Below, piece after piece: positions 46,170 through 56,080 of a DNA stretch of 64,000 nucleotides. The stretch's first letter is position 1. Every line of letters starts with the position of its first letter. The notes below the pieces were generated by a model. It was not told the DNA's origin. It made no database searches and saw nothing but the letters and a program-made list of their open reading frames with translations. Made by a program: the position numbers and the translations under genes. Source of the stretch: Spirochaetales bacterium (lineage in GTDB: Bacteria > Spirochaetota > Spirochaetia > JAIPGG01); NCBI GenBank assembly GCA_021736255.1, contig JAIPGG010000003.1:7792-71791 (forward strand). The letters run 5' to 3'.

Positions 46170-46292
46170 ATAAATTTCCTCCTGAAAAAACAGCTCCAGA
46201 ATTCGGATTGGTTGTAATCAAATATATCTACGCAACAGGAAAGGGTCAACGAAAAGCGAGGCCCGAACGGATTCTGAACGGGAAATACTCTA

Positions 46293-46601
46293 TCAGATTG
46301 TCAGATAAAATGGGAGGTCTTCTTTTTGAAGTTCATAGATATTGTTTTTTACCTGCTGCTCCATCCAGGTTTTCACCGAGACCGTACGGGGAGCCGGGGA
46401 AGTTCGGCGGAGCCGCTTCAGGGTAGGCAGATACCGGTATTCTTCTATTTGGAGTTCATCCCCACGGCGGGATACTACATGGTAATAGGTCTCTTCTTCT
46501 TCCGCCGGAAGATCAGCGGAATCAGCAACACCAAACGCCTTGTACCAGGTCCCGGGTTTCATTTCATAGATCAGTATAGGCCCGAACCTTTCAATTATCA
46601 A
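46293..46601 (-). CDS. hypothetical protein
   Basis: 102-aa ORF with a TTG start (alternative ATG at 46562). I recognised no family, and coding status is uncertain. Confidence 0.3.
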   Translation of the reverse strand: MIIERFGPILIYEMKPGTWYKAFGVADSADLPAEEEETYYHVVSRRGDELQIEEYRYLPTLKRLRRTSPAPRTVSVKTWMEQQVKNNIYELQKEDLPFYLTI

Positions 46602-46614
46602 ATGATTTTCAATT

Positions 46615-46637
46615 CGTGGTCATCTTCCCGTGGTCAT
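46615..46637. repeat. tandem direct repeat CGTGGTCAT-N5-CGTGGTCAT upstream of the cysteine desulfurase gene
   Basis: Read directly. The copies are at 46615-46623 and 46629-46637, 47 nt upstream of the ATG at 46684. Confidence 0.4.
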
Positions 46638-46683
46638 TTTTACTCGCTTGTCACAAAGGTATTTCCCGGATATTCTGAAATCA

Positions 46684-47895
46684 ATGAAACAGGTATACCT
46701 CGATTGGGCAGCAACAAGCCCGCCGTATCCGGCGGCAATAAAAAAGATGCATGAGACCTCTCTCGAATTGTACGGCAACCCTTCCTCCCTTCATGAGGAA
46801 GGAAAAAAGGCGAGGGAAGCACTCGAGAACTACAGAGAACGCTGTGCAGCCCTTCTCGGCTGCGAACCCAAGCAGATCACCTTTACCTCGGGAGCGAGTG
46901 AAGCAAACACCCTGGTTTTGACCAGTTTGCTGCAACGCAAGCGGGACCGCCATTTGTGCATAAGCTCTATTGAACACGCTTCCGTTGAATACCAGGCCAG
47001 AGTACTGGAATCTCTCCGGATCCCCGTGGATCGTGTTCCGCTAAGTATCGGAAAGGCTTCAAATGAAGCGGAGGTCGCCTTATCGAGCGAGCAGTTGGCC
47101 TCTTCCATAAACAGACACACAGCCATGGTATCAATCATGACGGTGAACAACGAAACCGGGGCGATTATGCCTGTTCCCATGGTCAGGCGAGTCATAGATG
47201 AAGCGGCGGAACATCATGGAAAGCCCATACACTTTCACAGCGACATCTCTCAGGCGGCAGGAAAAATCCCGGTCGATCTCGACAAATTAGGCCTGAACTC
47301 CGCCACTTTGAGCGCCCACAAATTTTCAGGGCCCCGCGGTGCCGGGATCCTCTATTCAAGGGTCCCGCTGGACACTATCGTTGGGGGAGGAGGCCAGGAA
47401 AATTCCATGCGTCCGGGGACTGAAAACCTTGCGGCTGTTGCAGGCATGACGGTTGCACTGGAAACAGCTGTTGAAAAGATGGAACACAACCGGCAGCAGG
47501 CATGTGAGCACTCGGAAATACTCATTGACGGCATTCGGGATATCGGCGGCGACATAATACCTGCGGATTATAAAACCGCCCCTTTTGAAAACATTTACAG
47601 GAATGAGGAAATCAGCTTTTCCCCCTTTATCCTTACCGCCGCCTTCCCCCCGATCCCCGGGGAACTGCTCACACGGGTCCTTGACCGGGAAGGGTTTTCC
47701 GTTTCAACAGGCTCTGCATGCTCTTCGAGGGGAAAACGAGACCTGCGTGTACTAACCGCATTCGGCGTTTCTGCTGAAAAGGCTGCTTCAGCAATCAGGA
47801 TTTCTATTGGCCATTCAACCGGGAAACAGGATATTCACCGCTTTTTGGATGTGCTCAAAGAACAGGTTGCCAACCTGAAAGCCGTATCCTCATGA
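46684..47895 (+). CDS. cysteine desulfurase (NifS/IscS class V aminotransferase)
   Basis: The ATG at 46684 gives MKQVYLDWAATSP. The PLP lysine motif is SAHKFSGPRGAGILY and the active-site loop is STGSACSS. Confidence 0.85.
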   Translation: MKQVYLDWAATSPPYPAAIKKMHETSLELYGNPSSLHEEGKKAREALENYRERCAALLGCEPKQITFTSGASEANTLVLTSLLQRKRDRHLCISSIEHASVEYQARVLESLRIPVDRVPLSIGKASNEAEVALSSEQLASSINRHTAMVSIMTVNNETGAIMPVPMVRRVIDEAAEHHGKPIHFHSDISQAAGKIPVDLDKLGLNSATLSAHKFSGPRGAGILYSRVPLDTIVGGGGQENSMRPGTENLAAVAGMTVALETAVEKMEHNRQQACEHSEILIDGIRDIGGDIIPADYKTAPFENIYRNEEISFSPFILTAAFPPIPGELLTRVLDREGFSVSTGSACSSRGKRDLRVLTAFGVSAEKAASAIRISIGHSTGKQDIHRFLDVLKEQVANLKAVSS

Positions 47896-49088
47896 AGCAA
47901 AAACATTTTTATCTGATCAAATCAGGCGAGCTCTCGATCAAGAGAGGCAATCGCCCTTTCTTCCTGAAGATACTAAAAGCCAATTTGCGCAGAAATCTAT
48001 CTCACCTCGAACCAACTCTCTCTATCAACGGCAACCGAATCTACCTCGAGTGCCTGGCCGACAGTAAAACGGAGATAGAAAAGACCCTAACGCGAACCTT
48101 CGGAATAGCCGGATTCACGCGGGCTGTTCGCTGCGAAAAAAACATGAAAGGCATCGAGGAGGGGGTAATCTCTGTTGCACAGAGTATCCTCGAAAAGGAG
48201 CCCGGCAGCAGCTTTAAAATCGAAGCCCGGCGCACCGACAAGAGTTTTTCTCTCGACTCCTATGAGCTGGCCGACACCTTCGGCAATACGCTCCGGCAGC
48301 GTTTCCCTGAATCCCGGGTGGATGTACACAATCCCGACTGGATCCTGAATATCGAAATCCGGGAAGATGTTCTAGTCTACCTCTACGGAGGAGATTTCGA
48401 TCAGGGATTAATAACCGGAAAACGCGGGAGCGGAGGACTGCCGGTAGGCACGTCCGGGCGCGGGATGCTGCTTTTATCCGGGGGGATCGATTCTCCTGTT
48501 GCAGGCTACCTTATGGCAAAACGGGGTTTGAAACTCGATGCCGTATATTTTCATACCCCTCCCTATACCCCCGATGAGGCTCTCGACAAGGTTATAGACC
48601 TAGGCAAAATCCTCTCTCCATACCTTCAGGGCCTGGTTCTTCTGGTCGTACCCTTTACCGATATCCAGCTCAAACTCAAACAGGAAACGGCAAACGAAAA
48701 ACTTACACTCTTTATGCGAGCTGCCATGGTAGAGATTGCATCGAGGCTGGCCGCCGGCAGAAACGCCGGGAATCTTGTTACCGGGGAAAGTCTGGGGCAG
48801 GTAGCAAGTCAAACCCAGGAGAGTCTCCGCTTTACCGGAAGCTTTACCGACCTCGCCCTTTTCCGCCCTCTGATCGGCATGGATAAGTTCGAGATCATCG
48901 ACATCGCGAAAAGGATCAATACCTATGAAACATCGATCCTTCCCTATGAAGACTGCTGCACGGTTTTTGCACCGTCCAAACCCCTAGTGCGTCCCCGTTT
49001 TGAACCCCTTCAAAACGATTACTCGCGTTTTGAACGAAGGGAACTGATAGAACAAGCTGTTGAGAAAACTGAAACTATCCGTCTCTAA
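47892..49088 (+). CDS. thiI: tRNA 4-thiouridine(8) synthase ThiI (no rhodanese domain)
   Basis: THUMP-like N-terminus and the PP-loop SGGIDSPVAGYLM. It has an ATGA overlap with the cysteine desulfurase stop. Confidence 0.85.
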   Translation: MKQKHFYLIKSGELSIKRGNRPFFLKILKANLRRNLSHLEPTLSINGNRIYLECLADSKTEIEKTLTRTFGIAGFTRAVRCEKNMKGIEEGVISVAQSILEKEPGSSFKIEARRTDKSFSLDSYELADTFGNTLRQRFPESRVDVHNPDWILNIEIREDVLVYLYGGDFDQGLITGKRGSGGLPVGTSGRGMLLLSGGIDSPVAGYLMAKRGLKLDAVYFHTPPYTPDEALDKVIDLGKILSPYLQGLVLLVVPFTDIQLKLKQETANEKLTLFMRAAMVEIASRLAAGRNAGNLVTGESLGQVASQTQESLRFTGSFTDLALFRPLIGMDKFEIIDIAKRINTYETSILPYEDCCTVFAPSKPLVRPRFEPLQNDYSRFERRELIEQAVEKTETIRL

Positions 49089-49146
49089 ATCGAACGCGGG
49101 GCCATCACAGCCAAGCATCCAAAGCTATTGCCAGCATGCACAGCGG

Positions 49147-49482
49147 TCAGGCGGAGGCTTTTCCGGATTTAGAACCCGAATCCTTGCCGGAAGACGATGA
49201 CGATGAATCCGAGCCCCCGCTTTCAGAGCCGGAGGCCTTATCCGTCCCCCCGCTGCCGCCTTCTTTGTCGTCCTTTTTCCCGGAATCGGCTGCAGTACTG
49301 CTCTTTCTATTATCTGTGGCGTAAAAACCGTTTCCCTTAAAGATAATGCCGGCGCCCCCGCCGATGAGCCGGCGCACAGCGTTGCCGCACTGAGGACATG
49401 AAAGCTCCGGTTCCTCAGTCATTCCATGAAAAATCTCGAAGGTATGGCCACAGCTGGTACATTCATAATCATAGGTCGGCAT
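49147..49482 (-). CDS. FmdB-family zinc-ribbon protein with Ser/Gly/Asp-rich tail
   Basis: MPTYDYECTSCGHTFE..CPQCG, followed by a low-complexity C-terminus. Confidence 0.8.
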   Translation of the reverse strand: MPTYDYECTSCGHTFEIFHGMTEEPELSCPQCGNAVRRLIGGGAGIIFKGNGFYATDNRKSSTAADSGKKDDKEGGSGGTDKASGSESGGSDSSSSSSGKDSGSKSGKASA

Positions 49483-49554
49483 CGGAGTCTCCAATTAAAA
49501 AGAATAGGGTATGATTTGATATAGTAAAAAAAAATGCCCCGATAGGCAAGTAGA

Positions 49555-50343
49555 TTATTCCGTCTGTTTTGGCAGCGGATCCCGGCGCACCGCCACGTTC
49601 CGGGAGGAGAGATAGTTCTTGATTTCTTCCGGAGAATAGTCCCCGTAATGCACCATTGAGGCTATGAGAGCTGCATCCGCCTTTCCTTCCGTCAACACCT
49701 CTGCCAGATGCTCGGGTCGTCCGGCGCCGCCTGAGGCAACAACCGGCACTCCAACCGCCTCAGAGATCATCCGGGTCAGCGTGATTTCATAACCGTCCCG
49801 GGTACCGTCTGCATCGATGGAGTTGAGTACTATCTCCCCGGCTCCGAGGGATTCCGCCTGCCGCGCCCATTCGAGAGCGTCGAGCCCGGTCTCTTTCCGT
49901 CCGCCGTTGATTACAACCCGGTAACCCGAAGGCATGGTCCGGTCTTTTTTTGCATCCATACCGAGCACAATACACTGGTTTCCAAAGAGTGAAGCCCCCT
50001 CTTCAATAATAGCAGGGTTTTCGACCGCCTGGGAGTTAACACTCACCTTCTCGGCCCCTGCAAGCAGAACCGCACGCATGTCCTTTACCGAACCGATCCC
50101 TCCGCCGACAGAGAAGGGAATAAATATACGGCGGGCAACCCGTTCGACCACATCGATCATAATACCCCTGTACTCTGCAGAGGCGGTAATATCGTAGAAA
50201 ACTAGCTCATCCACACCCCGGCGATAATAGTCGGCAGCCATCTCCACCGGATCACCAATATCCACGTTTCCCTTGAAGCGGACCCCTTTCGTGGTCTTTC
50301 CGTCACGCACATCGAGGCAGACAATAAGCCGTTTGAGCAGCAT
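49555..50343 (-). CDS. hisF: imidazole glycerol phosphate synthase cyclase subunit
   Basis: [26 protein letters not shown] and VVASGGAG. Confidence 0.9.
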   Translation of the reverse strand: MLLKRLIVCLDVRDGKTTKGVRFKGNVDIGDPVEMAADYYRRGVDELVFYDITASAEYRGIMIDVVERVARRIFIPFSVGGGIGSVKDMRAVLLAGAEKVSVNSQAVENPAIIEEGASLFGNQCIVLGMDAKKDRTMPSGYRVVINGGRKETGLDALEWARQAESLGAGEIVLNSIDADGTRDGYEITLTRMISEAVGVPVVASGGAGRPEHLAEVLTEGKADAALIASMVHYGDYSPEEIKNYLSSRNVAVRRDPLPKQTE

Positions 50344-50364
50344 AAAAATAACTCCCTTGCCCTT

Positions 50365-50973
50365 TCATTCCCAGCTGAGGAAATTACCGAGTATTCTGAG
50401 CCCCCATTCGCCTGATTTTTCAGGGTGAAACTGGGTGGCTACCAGATTGTCCCTCCCGATAGCAGCAGGAAAATCGAGGATATAATCGCTGAAGGCCAGG
50501 ACATCTTCTTCGGAAGAAGGGCTGGGATAGAAGGAGTGTACAAAGTACATCGAAATGCCGGATGGTATGTTGCGAAAAATATGGTGAGGTTTTGCAGGGA
50601 CGATCCTGTTCCATCCCATATGCGGCACCTTGTACCCAGGCTGGTTTGGAAACCGCACCGCCCTGCCGGGCAGCAACCCGAGACACTCAGCATCCCGCTC
50701 TTCCGAACGCTCGAGGATTATATGGGAACCAAGACAGATTCCGAGCATAGGTTTTCCGGAGGCATAAAAGTCCCGGATAAGCTCATCGAGCCCCCTGTCC
50801 TTCAGGACCTTTACTGCCGAAGCAGCCTCCCCTACACCGGGAAATATCAGCCGGTCCGCCTTCCTCAAAACATCCGGATCCCCCGACAGCTGAAAATCCG
50901 CCCCCACTCTCTCGAGAGCGGTTTCCACACTCCGCAGGTTTCCGGCTTCATAATCAACTACACCGACGTTCAT
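50365..50973 (-). CDS. hisH: imidazole glycerol phosphate synthase glutamine amidotransferase subunit
   Basis: Class I GATase with GICLGSHIIL, FPGVG and QFHPEKSG. Confidence 0.85.
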   Translation of the reverse strand: MNVGVVDYEAGNLRSVETALERVGADFQLSGDPDVLRKADRLIFPGVGEAASAVKVLKDRGLDELIRDFYASGKPMLGICLGSHIILERSEERDAECLGLLPGRAVRFPNQPGYKVPHMGWNRIVPAKPHHIFRNIPSGISMYFVHSFYPSPSSEEDVLAFSDYILDFPAAIGRDNLVATQFHPEKSGEWGLRILGNFLSWE

Positions 50974-50977
50974 GGCT

Positions 50978-51892
50978 TCAGTATATCAAGATTGAAAAGA
51001 ATGTATCCAGCAGAACATCTCTGGGGATACCGTTATTAACGATATATACCTTATTATTCTCTTGATCTACCCGTGCTCCGGAAAACACCTTGCTGTAGAG
51101 CTGGGGTTCATAGCCCCGCTCCCAGGAGAGTATCAGAAGTTTGAGAATAATCGAAAATGCCCGTGCATCCTGTTCAGTGCCGCAGGTAAAGATACCGTTC
51201 ATATCCAGACCCTCTTCCGCCTCGTTCAGAGAAATCCAGGCCTTTGATATCGGCAGCTCCTTGTCTATAGCCGGAATGAAATGCCGGACATCCTTTCCGG
51301 GCCGGGGAAGATACACGAGGATATCGGAAACCTCGAAGGCCCTTTCCGCAACCATCGGCATCCGGCTTACCCGCTTGTTCTCGAACCTTTGGAGCATTAC
51401 CGGCAGCTGGCCGGATGAGAAACAGAGGAGATGACGGACCGGTATTTTCATCTGATAGGGTAAATAGTCATGCTCCCAAAACCGGTCGGCCTGGGTGATT
51501 TTCCAGTCGTCCCGCTGGGAGATATATCCATCGATCGTGGCTTTCGGAAAAGAGCCTGTCAAAACCGCACTGTAATCTATACGTCCTGAATCCACACCAA
51601 CCGAGGCATAGAGGGTGTCGAGCTCCTGGAACGAACGTCTCGCCGCACGGTCTTCGATCTCAAAACGGTGGAAAAACTCCTCCACCAGCCACGGCATTGA
51701 ACGGAGATGGATTCGAATGTACGCAGGCTTGTTTTCCGGCAATATACCGAGCCACTGGTTGGCAGGCTTCTCCGGCGGCTGCACAACGAGACAGGATTGA
51801 AGCATGACGGCAATCAGAACGGCAGTCACTGCTCCAACGGCAGACAGTAACCCGAATCGCATTCTTCCTGATAAACAAAAGGAGAATCTCAT
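50978..51892 (-). CDS. putative lipoprotein of unknown function
   Basis: The hydrophobic N-terminus ends in a lipobox-like VMLQSC. There is a 4-nt overlap with the ileS stop. I recognised no family. Confidence 0.45.
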   Translation of the reverse strand: MRFSFCLSGRMRFGLLSAVGAVTAVLIAVMLQSCLVVQPPEKPANQWLGILPENKPAYIRIHLRSMPWLVEEFFHRFEIEDRAARRSFQELDTLYASVGVDSGRIDYSAVLTGSFPKATIDGYISQRDDWKITQADRFWEHDYLPYQMKIPVRHLLCFSSGQLPVMLQRFENKRVSRMPMVAERAFEVSDILVYLPRPGKDVRHFIPAIDKELPISKAWISLNEAEEGLDMNGIFTCGTEQDARAFSIILKLLILSWERGYEPQLYSKVFSGARVDQENNKVYIVNNGIPRDVLLDTFFSILIY

Positions 51893-54800
51893 GCCTTTTC
51901 CAGGTCCACACAGCAGACTTCATCACCGCAGGGGACCTCGGCACCGGAGATTTTCGCAGCCGTTTGTGTCCCGGAAGCTTTTGCCCCGGTAACGCTTCCT
52001 GCGGGTTCTCCGCCCTTGCTGTCCTTCTCGCATTTACCCCATTCCCAGGAAACGGCAAGTGTCTCTTCCAGAAGGTAATCGAGATTATTCTCTACCGCCG
52101 CCTTAACAGCGCCGGAGCCGTTCAATCCCAGATTGATTCGGTCGGTTACATCCAGGCCGGCTTCTTTGCGGAGGTTTTGTATACCCCGGACAAGGTCCCG
52201 TACCATCCCCTCTTCCAAAAGCTCTGGAGTGAGTTCGGCATCCAGGGCTACAGTGAGACTCCCCTCGTTCACTACGCGGAGGTTATCTTTCTCCGAACGC
52301 TGGATCACTACACTTTCGCTGGTAATGTCGTAGCTGCGGCCGTTCACCTCGATAGAAAGCACTCCACCCTCGAGAAGCGATTGAATCTCCTTTGCCCGGA
52401 GAGCCGAGATGGTGGCGGCGGCCTGTTTCATGTCCTTGCCAAGCCGTTTTCCGAGCACTTTGAAGTTGGCCTTCGCGCTGTACTCGACCAAGTCTCCTTC
52501 ATTTTCCCGAAAGACCACCTCTTTGACATTCAATTCATCCTTTATGATCTCTACCATTTCGTAGAGGATGCTTCTCTCTTTTCGATCGATTGTGTAGATA
52601 TGAATGGCCTTGAGCGGCTGGCGCACCTTGAGGTTGTACATACTCCGCAGCGAACGCCCGAGGGATACGGCCTGTAGAGTAAGCTTCATCTTGTGCTCCA
52701 GATCAAAATCCCGGAGTGATGCATCGTATTCAGGATATTCACAGAGATGGATTGATTCAGGCATCGAATCCGTACGCAGATTCTGATAGATCTCTTCGGA
52801 AACAAAGGGTATAAACGGCGCAGATACGGTTACCAGCTTCATCAGAACCGACAAGAGCGTCTCATAGGCTTCCTGCTTATCCGTATCGCTTTCAGAACGC
52901 CAGAACCTCCGCCTGGAACGGCGGATATACCAGTTGTTCAGAACGTCGATAAAATTGACGATCGGGTCGATAGCCTTCTGAAGGTCGTATGAATCAAGTT
53001 GTTCGGTAACCTCCAGTACAAGCCGTTCGGCTTCAGAGAGAATCCACACATCCAGGGGGTTGCCGGGGCGCTCCGGCCGGCCGGCCGGTTTGACCTGGTC
53101 GATATTGGCATAGGTTACAAAAAAGCTATAGGCGTTCCACAGGGGAATGATCACCGTCTTCAGGATTTCGCGAACTCCTTCGTCGGAATATTTCAGATCC
53201 TCTCCCTTGACCACTGCCGAATGGGTCAGAAAAAGACGAAGAGCGTCGGCCCCGTAATTGTTGATGACCTGCATCGGGTCGGTATAGTTACGTTCAGATT
53301 TACTCATCTTCTTGCCGTCTGCGGCAAGAACAAGACCGTTTACCACCACATGTTTGAATGCCGGAGACTCGAAGAGGGCGGCTGCAAGGACGGTAAGTGT
53401 ATAGAACCACCCTCTGGTTTGATCCAGCCCCTCACAGATAAAGTCCGCAGGAAAGTTCGATTCGAAGTGCTCCTTGTTCTCAAAGGGATAGTGACTCTGT
53501 GCGTAGGGCATGGCTCCCGATTCGAACCAGCAGTCCAACACCTCCGGTATCCGGCGCATTGTTCCCTTCCCGTCGGGAGACGGCCAGGTAACCTCGTCCA
53601 CATAATGCTTATGCAGATCCTCCACCCAGACTCCGGATTTCTCTTTGAGTTCCTCTCGAGAGCCGATGCACTCGGTGTGATCGCTGCCGTCACACTTCCA
53701 CACCGGTATGGGATTGCCCCAGTAGCGGTTCCGGGAGATCGCCCAGTCCTTTGCCCCCTCGAGCCATTTGCCGAAACGGCCTTTCTTGAGGTGTTCGGGA
53801 ACCCACTGGACCCTGTCGTTGGCTTCGAGCATATGTTTTTTGAGCTTACCAATATCCACGAACCAGGAAGAAACGGCTCGGTAGATCAGGGGCTTGTGTG
53901 TCCGGTAACAGTGGGGGTAACTGTGGAGGTAATTCTCCCGTTTGACCAGTTTCCCCTCCTCTTTCAGACGTGCAATAATCGACTTATCCGCGTCTTTGAC
54001 GAAAACGCCCTCGTAGTCGGTAACTTCTTCGGTAAAACGACACTCAGCATCGATGGGACAAACAACCGGAACCTCGGTACCCTTCACAACATTATAATCG
54101 TCCTCACCGAATCCGGGTGCGATATGGACTATACCGGTCCCCTCCTCGGTGGTGACATAATCCGCCACATGAGTACGAAATGCACCGGAGACCTCGTGTT
54201 CCTGAAAATACGGAAACAGCGGCTCATAGCCTATCCCGGAAAGGTCACTGCCCTTGTAGCGGCGTACGACGGCATACTCATCATTCTCCCGGTAATAAGC
54301 TGAAATTCGCTCCTCGGCCAAAAGGTAATACTGCTCGCCGTCCCGGATGAGGGCATAGTCGATATCGGGCCCGAGAGCGAGACCCAGGTTGGAAGGGAGA
54401 GTCCAGGGAGTGGTCGTCCAAGCTAGGAAAAAAACCGGCCCGTCTTCCGGGAGCTCAAAGTTCCCTGTTCCGGAAGTAATCTTGAAACGGACGGTGATCG
54501 CCGGATCGGTCACCTCTTTGTAACCGCCGAGGTTCACTTCGAAGTTCGAGAGGGGCGTTGCCAGCGACGGGCTGTACGGGAGGATGTAGTACCCTTCGTA
54601 GACATACCCCTTTTCCCAGAGCTGCTTGAACACCCACCAGATCGACTCCATGTAATCCGGTTCCATGGTCTTATAGTCGTGTTCGAAATCCACCCAGCGA
54701 CCCATACGGGTTACGATTTCTTCCCACTCCGCCGTGTATCTGAGTACGATCGAACGGCAGCTCTCGTTGAATTTGGCCACTCCGTACTCTTCGATCTCCG

Positions 54801-55116
54801 TCTTGCCGGAAATGCCCAGCTCCTTTTCCATTTCGTATTCAACCGGCAGTCCATGACAATCCCATCCGAACCGGCGGTCCACCATCTTTCCCTGCATCGT
54901 CTGGTAGCGGGGGATAATATCCTTGATAGTTCCCGGCACAAAATGACCAAAGTGAGGCAACCCGGTAGCAAAGGGGGGGCCGTCGTAGAAGACATACTCT
55001 TCGCCGCCTCGACGCTGTTCAATGGATTTTTTGAAGATCTCGCTCTCTTTCCAAAAAGAAAGTATCGATTCTTCCATGGAAGGGAAATTGACCTTTGGAT
55101 CCACGGGCTTGTACAA
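51889..55116 (-). CDS. ileS: isoleucine--tRNA ligase, type 2 (eukaryote-like)
   Basis: PPFATGLPHFGH (type-2 HIGH region) and KMSKS. The ORF track starts at a GTG at 55134. I prefer the TTG at 55116, which is preceded by GGAGG 5 nt upstream. Confidence 0.9.
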   Translation of the reverse strand: MYKPVDPKVNFPSMEESILSFWKESEIFKKSIEQRRGGEEYVFYDGPPFATGLPHFGHFVPGTIKDIIPRYQTMQGKMVDRRFGWDCHGLPVEYEMEKELGISGKTEIEEYGVAKFNESCRSIVLRYTAEWEEIVTRMGRWVDFEHDYKTMEPDYMESIWWVFKQLWEKGYVYEGYYILPYSPSLATPLSNFEVNLGGYKEVTDPAITVRFKITSGTGNFELPEDGPVFFLAWTTTPWTLPSNLGLALGPDIDYALIRDGEQYYLLAEERISAYYRENDEYAVVRRYKGSDLSGIGYEPLFPYFQEHEVSGAFRTHVADYVTTEEGTGIVHIAPGFGEDDYNVVKGTEVPVVCPIDAECRFTEEVTDYEGVFVKDADKSIIARLKEEGKLVKRENYLHSYPHCYRTHKPLIYRAVSSWFVDIGKLKKHMLEANDRVQWVPEHLKKGRFGKWLEGAKDWAISRNRYWGNPIPVWKCDGSDHTECIGSREELKEKSGVWVEDLHKHYVDEVTWPSPDGKGTMRRIPEVLDCWFESGAMPYAQSHYPFENKEHFESNFPADFICEGLDQTRGWFYTLTVLAAALFESPAFKHVVVNGLVLAADGKKMSKSERNYTDPMQVINNYGADALRLFLTHSAVVKGEDLKYSDEGVREILKTVIIPLWNAYSFFVTYANIDQVKPAGRPERPGNPLDVWILSEAERLVLEVTEQLDSYDLQKAIDPIVNFIDVLNNWYIRRSRRRFWRSESDTDKQEAYETLLSVLMKLVTVSAPFIPFVSEEIYQNLRTDSMPESIHLCEYPEYDASLRDFDLEHKMKLTLQAVSLGRSLRSMYNLKVRQPLKAIHIYTIDRKERSILYEMVEIIKDELNVKEVVFRENEGDLVEYSAKANFKVLGKRLGKDMKQAAATISALRAKEIQSLLEGGVLSIEVNGRSYDITSESVVIQRSEKDNLRVVNEGSLTVALDAELTPELLEEGMVRDLVRGIQNLRKEAGLDVTDRINLGLNGSGAVKAAVENNLDYLLEETLAVSWEWGKCEKDSKGGEPAGSVTGAKASGTQTAAKISGAEVPCGDEVCCVDLEKA

Positions 55117-55328
55117 AACTACCTCCGGGTACACTGCAGAACATGTATCTGTGAATACTGTTATTTTCCTGTCTGGTTTCGATCAAGGCATTCTAGGCAA
55201 AATGCCCGATACAGTCAACCAAGAGGCTTCTTCGCCTAGGATAATCCGGTTTATTCTTGACTTTTCACAGCTATTGTTTTTTCATGAACGGAAACCCCGA
55301 AAAGAGGGGAAAAAATTCGGAGGCCGGC

Positions 55329-56078
55329 ATGAAAAAAATCGGAATAATCGGCGGAAGCGGACTGGATAATCCCGACATTCTCAAGGAACCCCAGGATATT
55401 GAGGTTGCAACACCCTACGGCCCCCCCTCTTCACCACTTAAAACCGGGGTTATCGGGGGAAACGAGGTCGCAATACTCGCCCGGCACGGGCGGGAACATA
55501 CGATTCCCCCAAGTCAAGTCAATTACCGGGCCAATATTCACGCCCTCAAAGACGCCGGCTGCAGCGCTATACTCGCAACAACGGCGGTCGGGTCCTTACG
55601 GGAAGAGATAGGCAGGGGGCATTTTGTCATCCTCGACCAGTTTATCGATTTCACCCGGCATCGGGCTATTACCTTTTACGACTCCTTCGAACCTCACACA
55701 CCGGTCCACATTCCCATGGCCGAACCCTTTTCCCGGGAGCTCCGTTCACTGCTGATAGAAAAGGGAAAGGAACTGAAACTTGAGGTTCACCAAAAGGGCA
55801 CCGTAATAACGATCGAGGGACCGCGGTTCTCCACCCGGGCAGAATCCCATATGTTCCGGGGCTGGGGTGCGGATGTCATCAATATGTCTATAGCCCCCGA
55901 GGTGATCCTGGCCAACGAGGCGGAGATACCCTACGCCGCTGTCGCCATGAGCACCGATTATGACTGCTGGAAAGAGGACGAGGAGCCGGTGAGCTGGGAA
56001 GCGGTCCTCCAGGTATTCAAGGAAAATGCGGAAGGAGTGACGAAGCTGCTCGTGCAAAGCATAAGCTCTCTCGAATAG
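55329..56078 (+). CDS. mtnP: S-methyl-5'-thioadenosine phosphorylase
   Basis: The ATG at 55329 (SD GGAGG) gives MKKIGIIGGSGL. Other motifs are ARHGREHTIPPSQVNYRANI and NMSIAPE. Confidence 0.85.
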   Translation: MKKIGIIGGSGLDNPDILKEPQDIEVATPYGPPSSPLKTGVIGGNEVAILARHGREHTIPPSQVNYRANIHALKDAGCSAILATTAVGSLREEIGRGHFVILDQFIDFTRHRAITFYDSFEPHTPVHIPMAEPFSRELRSLLIEKGKELKLEVHQKGTVITIEGPRFSTRAESHMFRGWGADVINMSIAPEVILANEAEIPYAAVAMSTDYDCWKEDEEPVSWEAVLQVFKENAEGVTKLLVQSISSLE

Positions 56079-56080
56079 AC

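Noticed and set aside
49136-49324. A 62-aa plus-strand ORF rich in Pro/Glu/Ser/Asp repeats.
   Set aside because: It is the antisense image of the Ser/Gly/Asp-rich tail of the FmdB-family gene, and there is no independent support for it.
52999-54303. A 434-aa plus-strand ORF antisense to ileS. Similar long antisense ORFs occur at 57782-59041, 19727-20644, 11044-11946, 41836-42684 and 5403-6014.
   Set aside because: All of them lie inside confidently identified genes on the opposite strand, and none has a recognisable domain or start context. I treated them as non-coding shadow ORFs.
55135-55328. The 194-nt divergent region between ileS and mtnP was examined for a T-box, riboswitch or small RNA.
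   Set aside because: It contains only short hairpins (GGCATT..AATGCC and AGGC..GCCT) and a weak TTGACT element. Nothing matches a structured-RNA family that I can recognise by eye.
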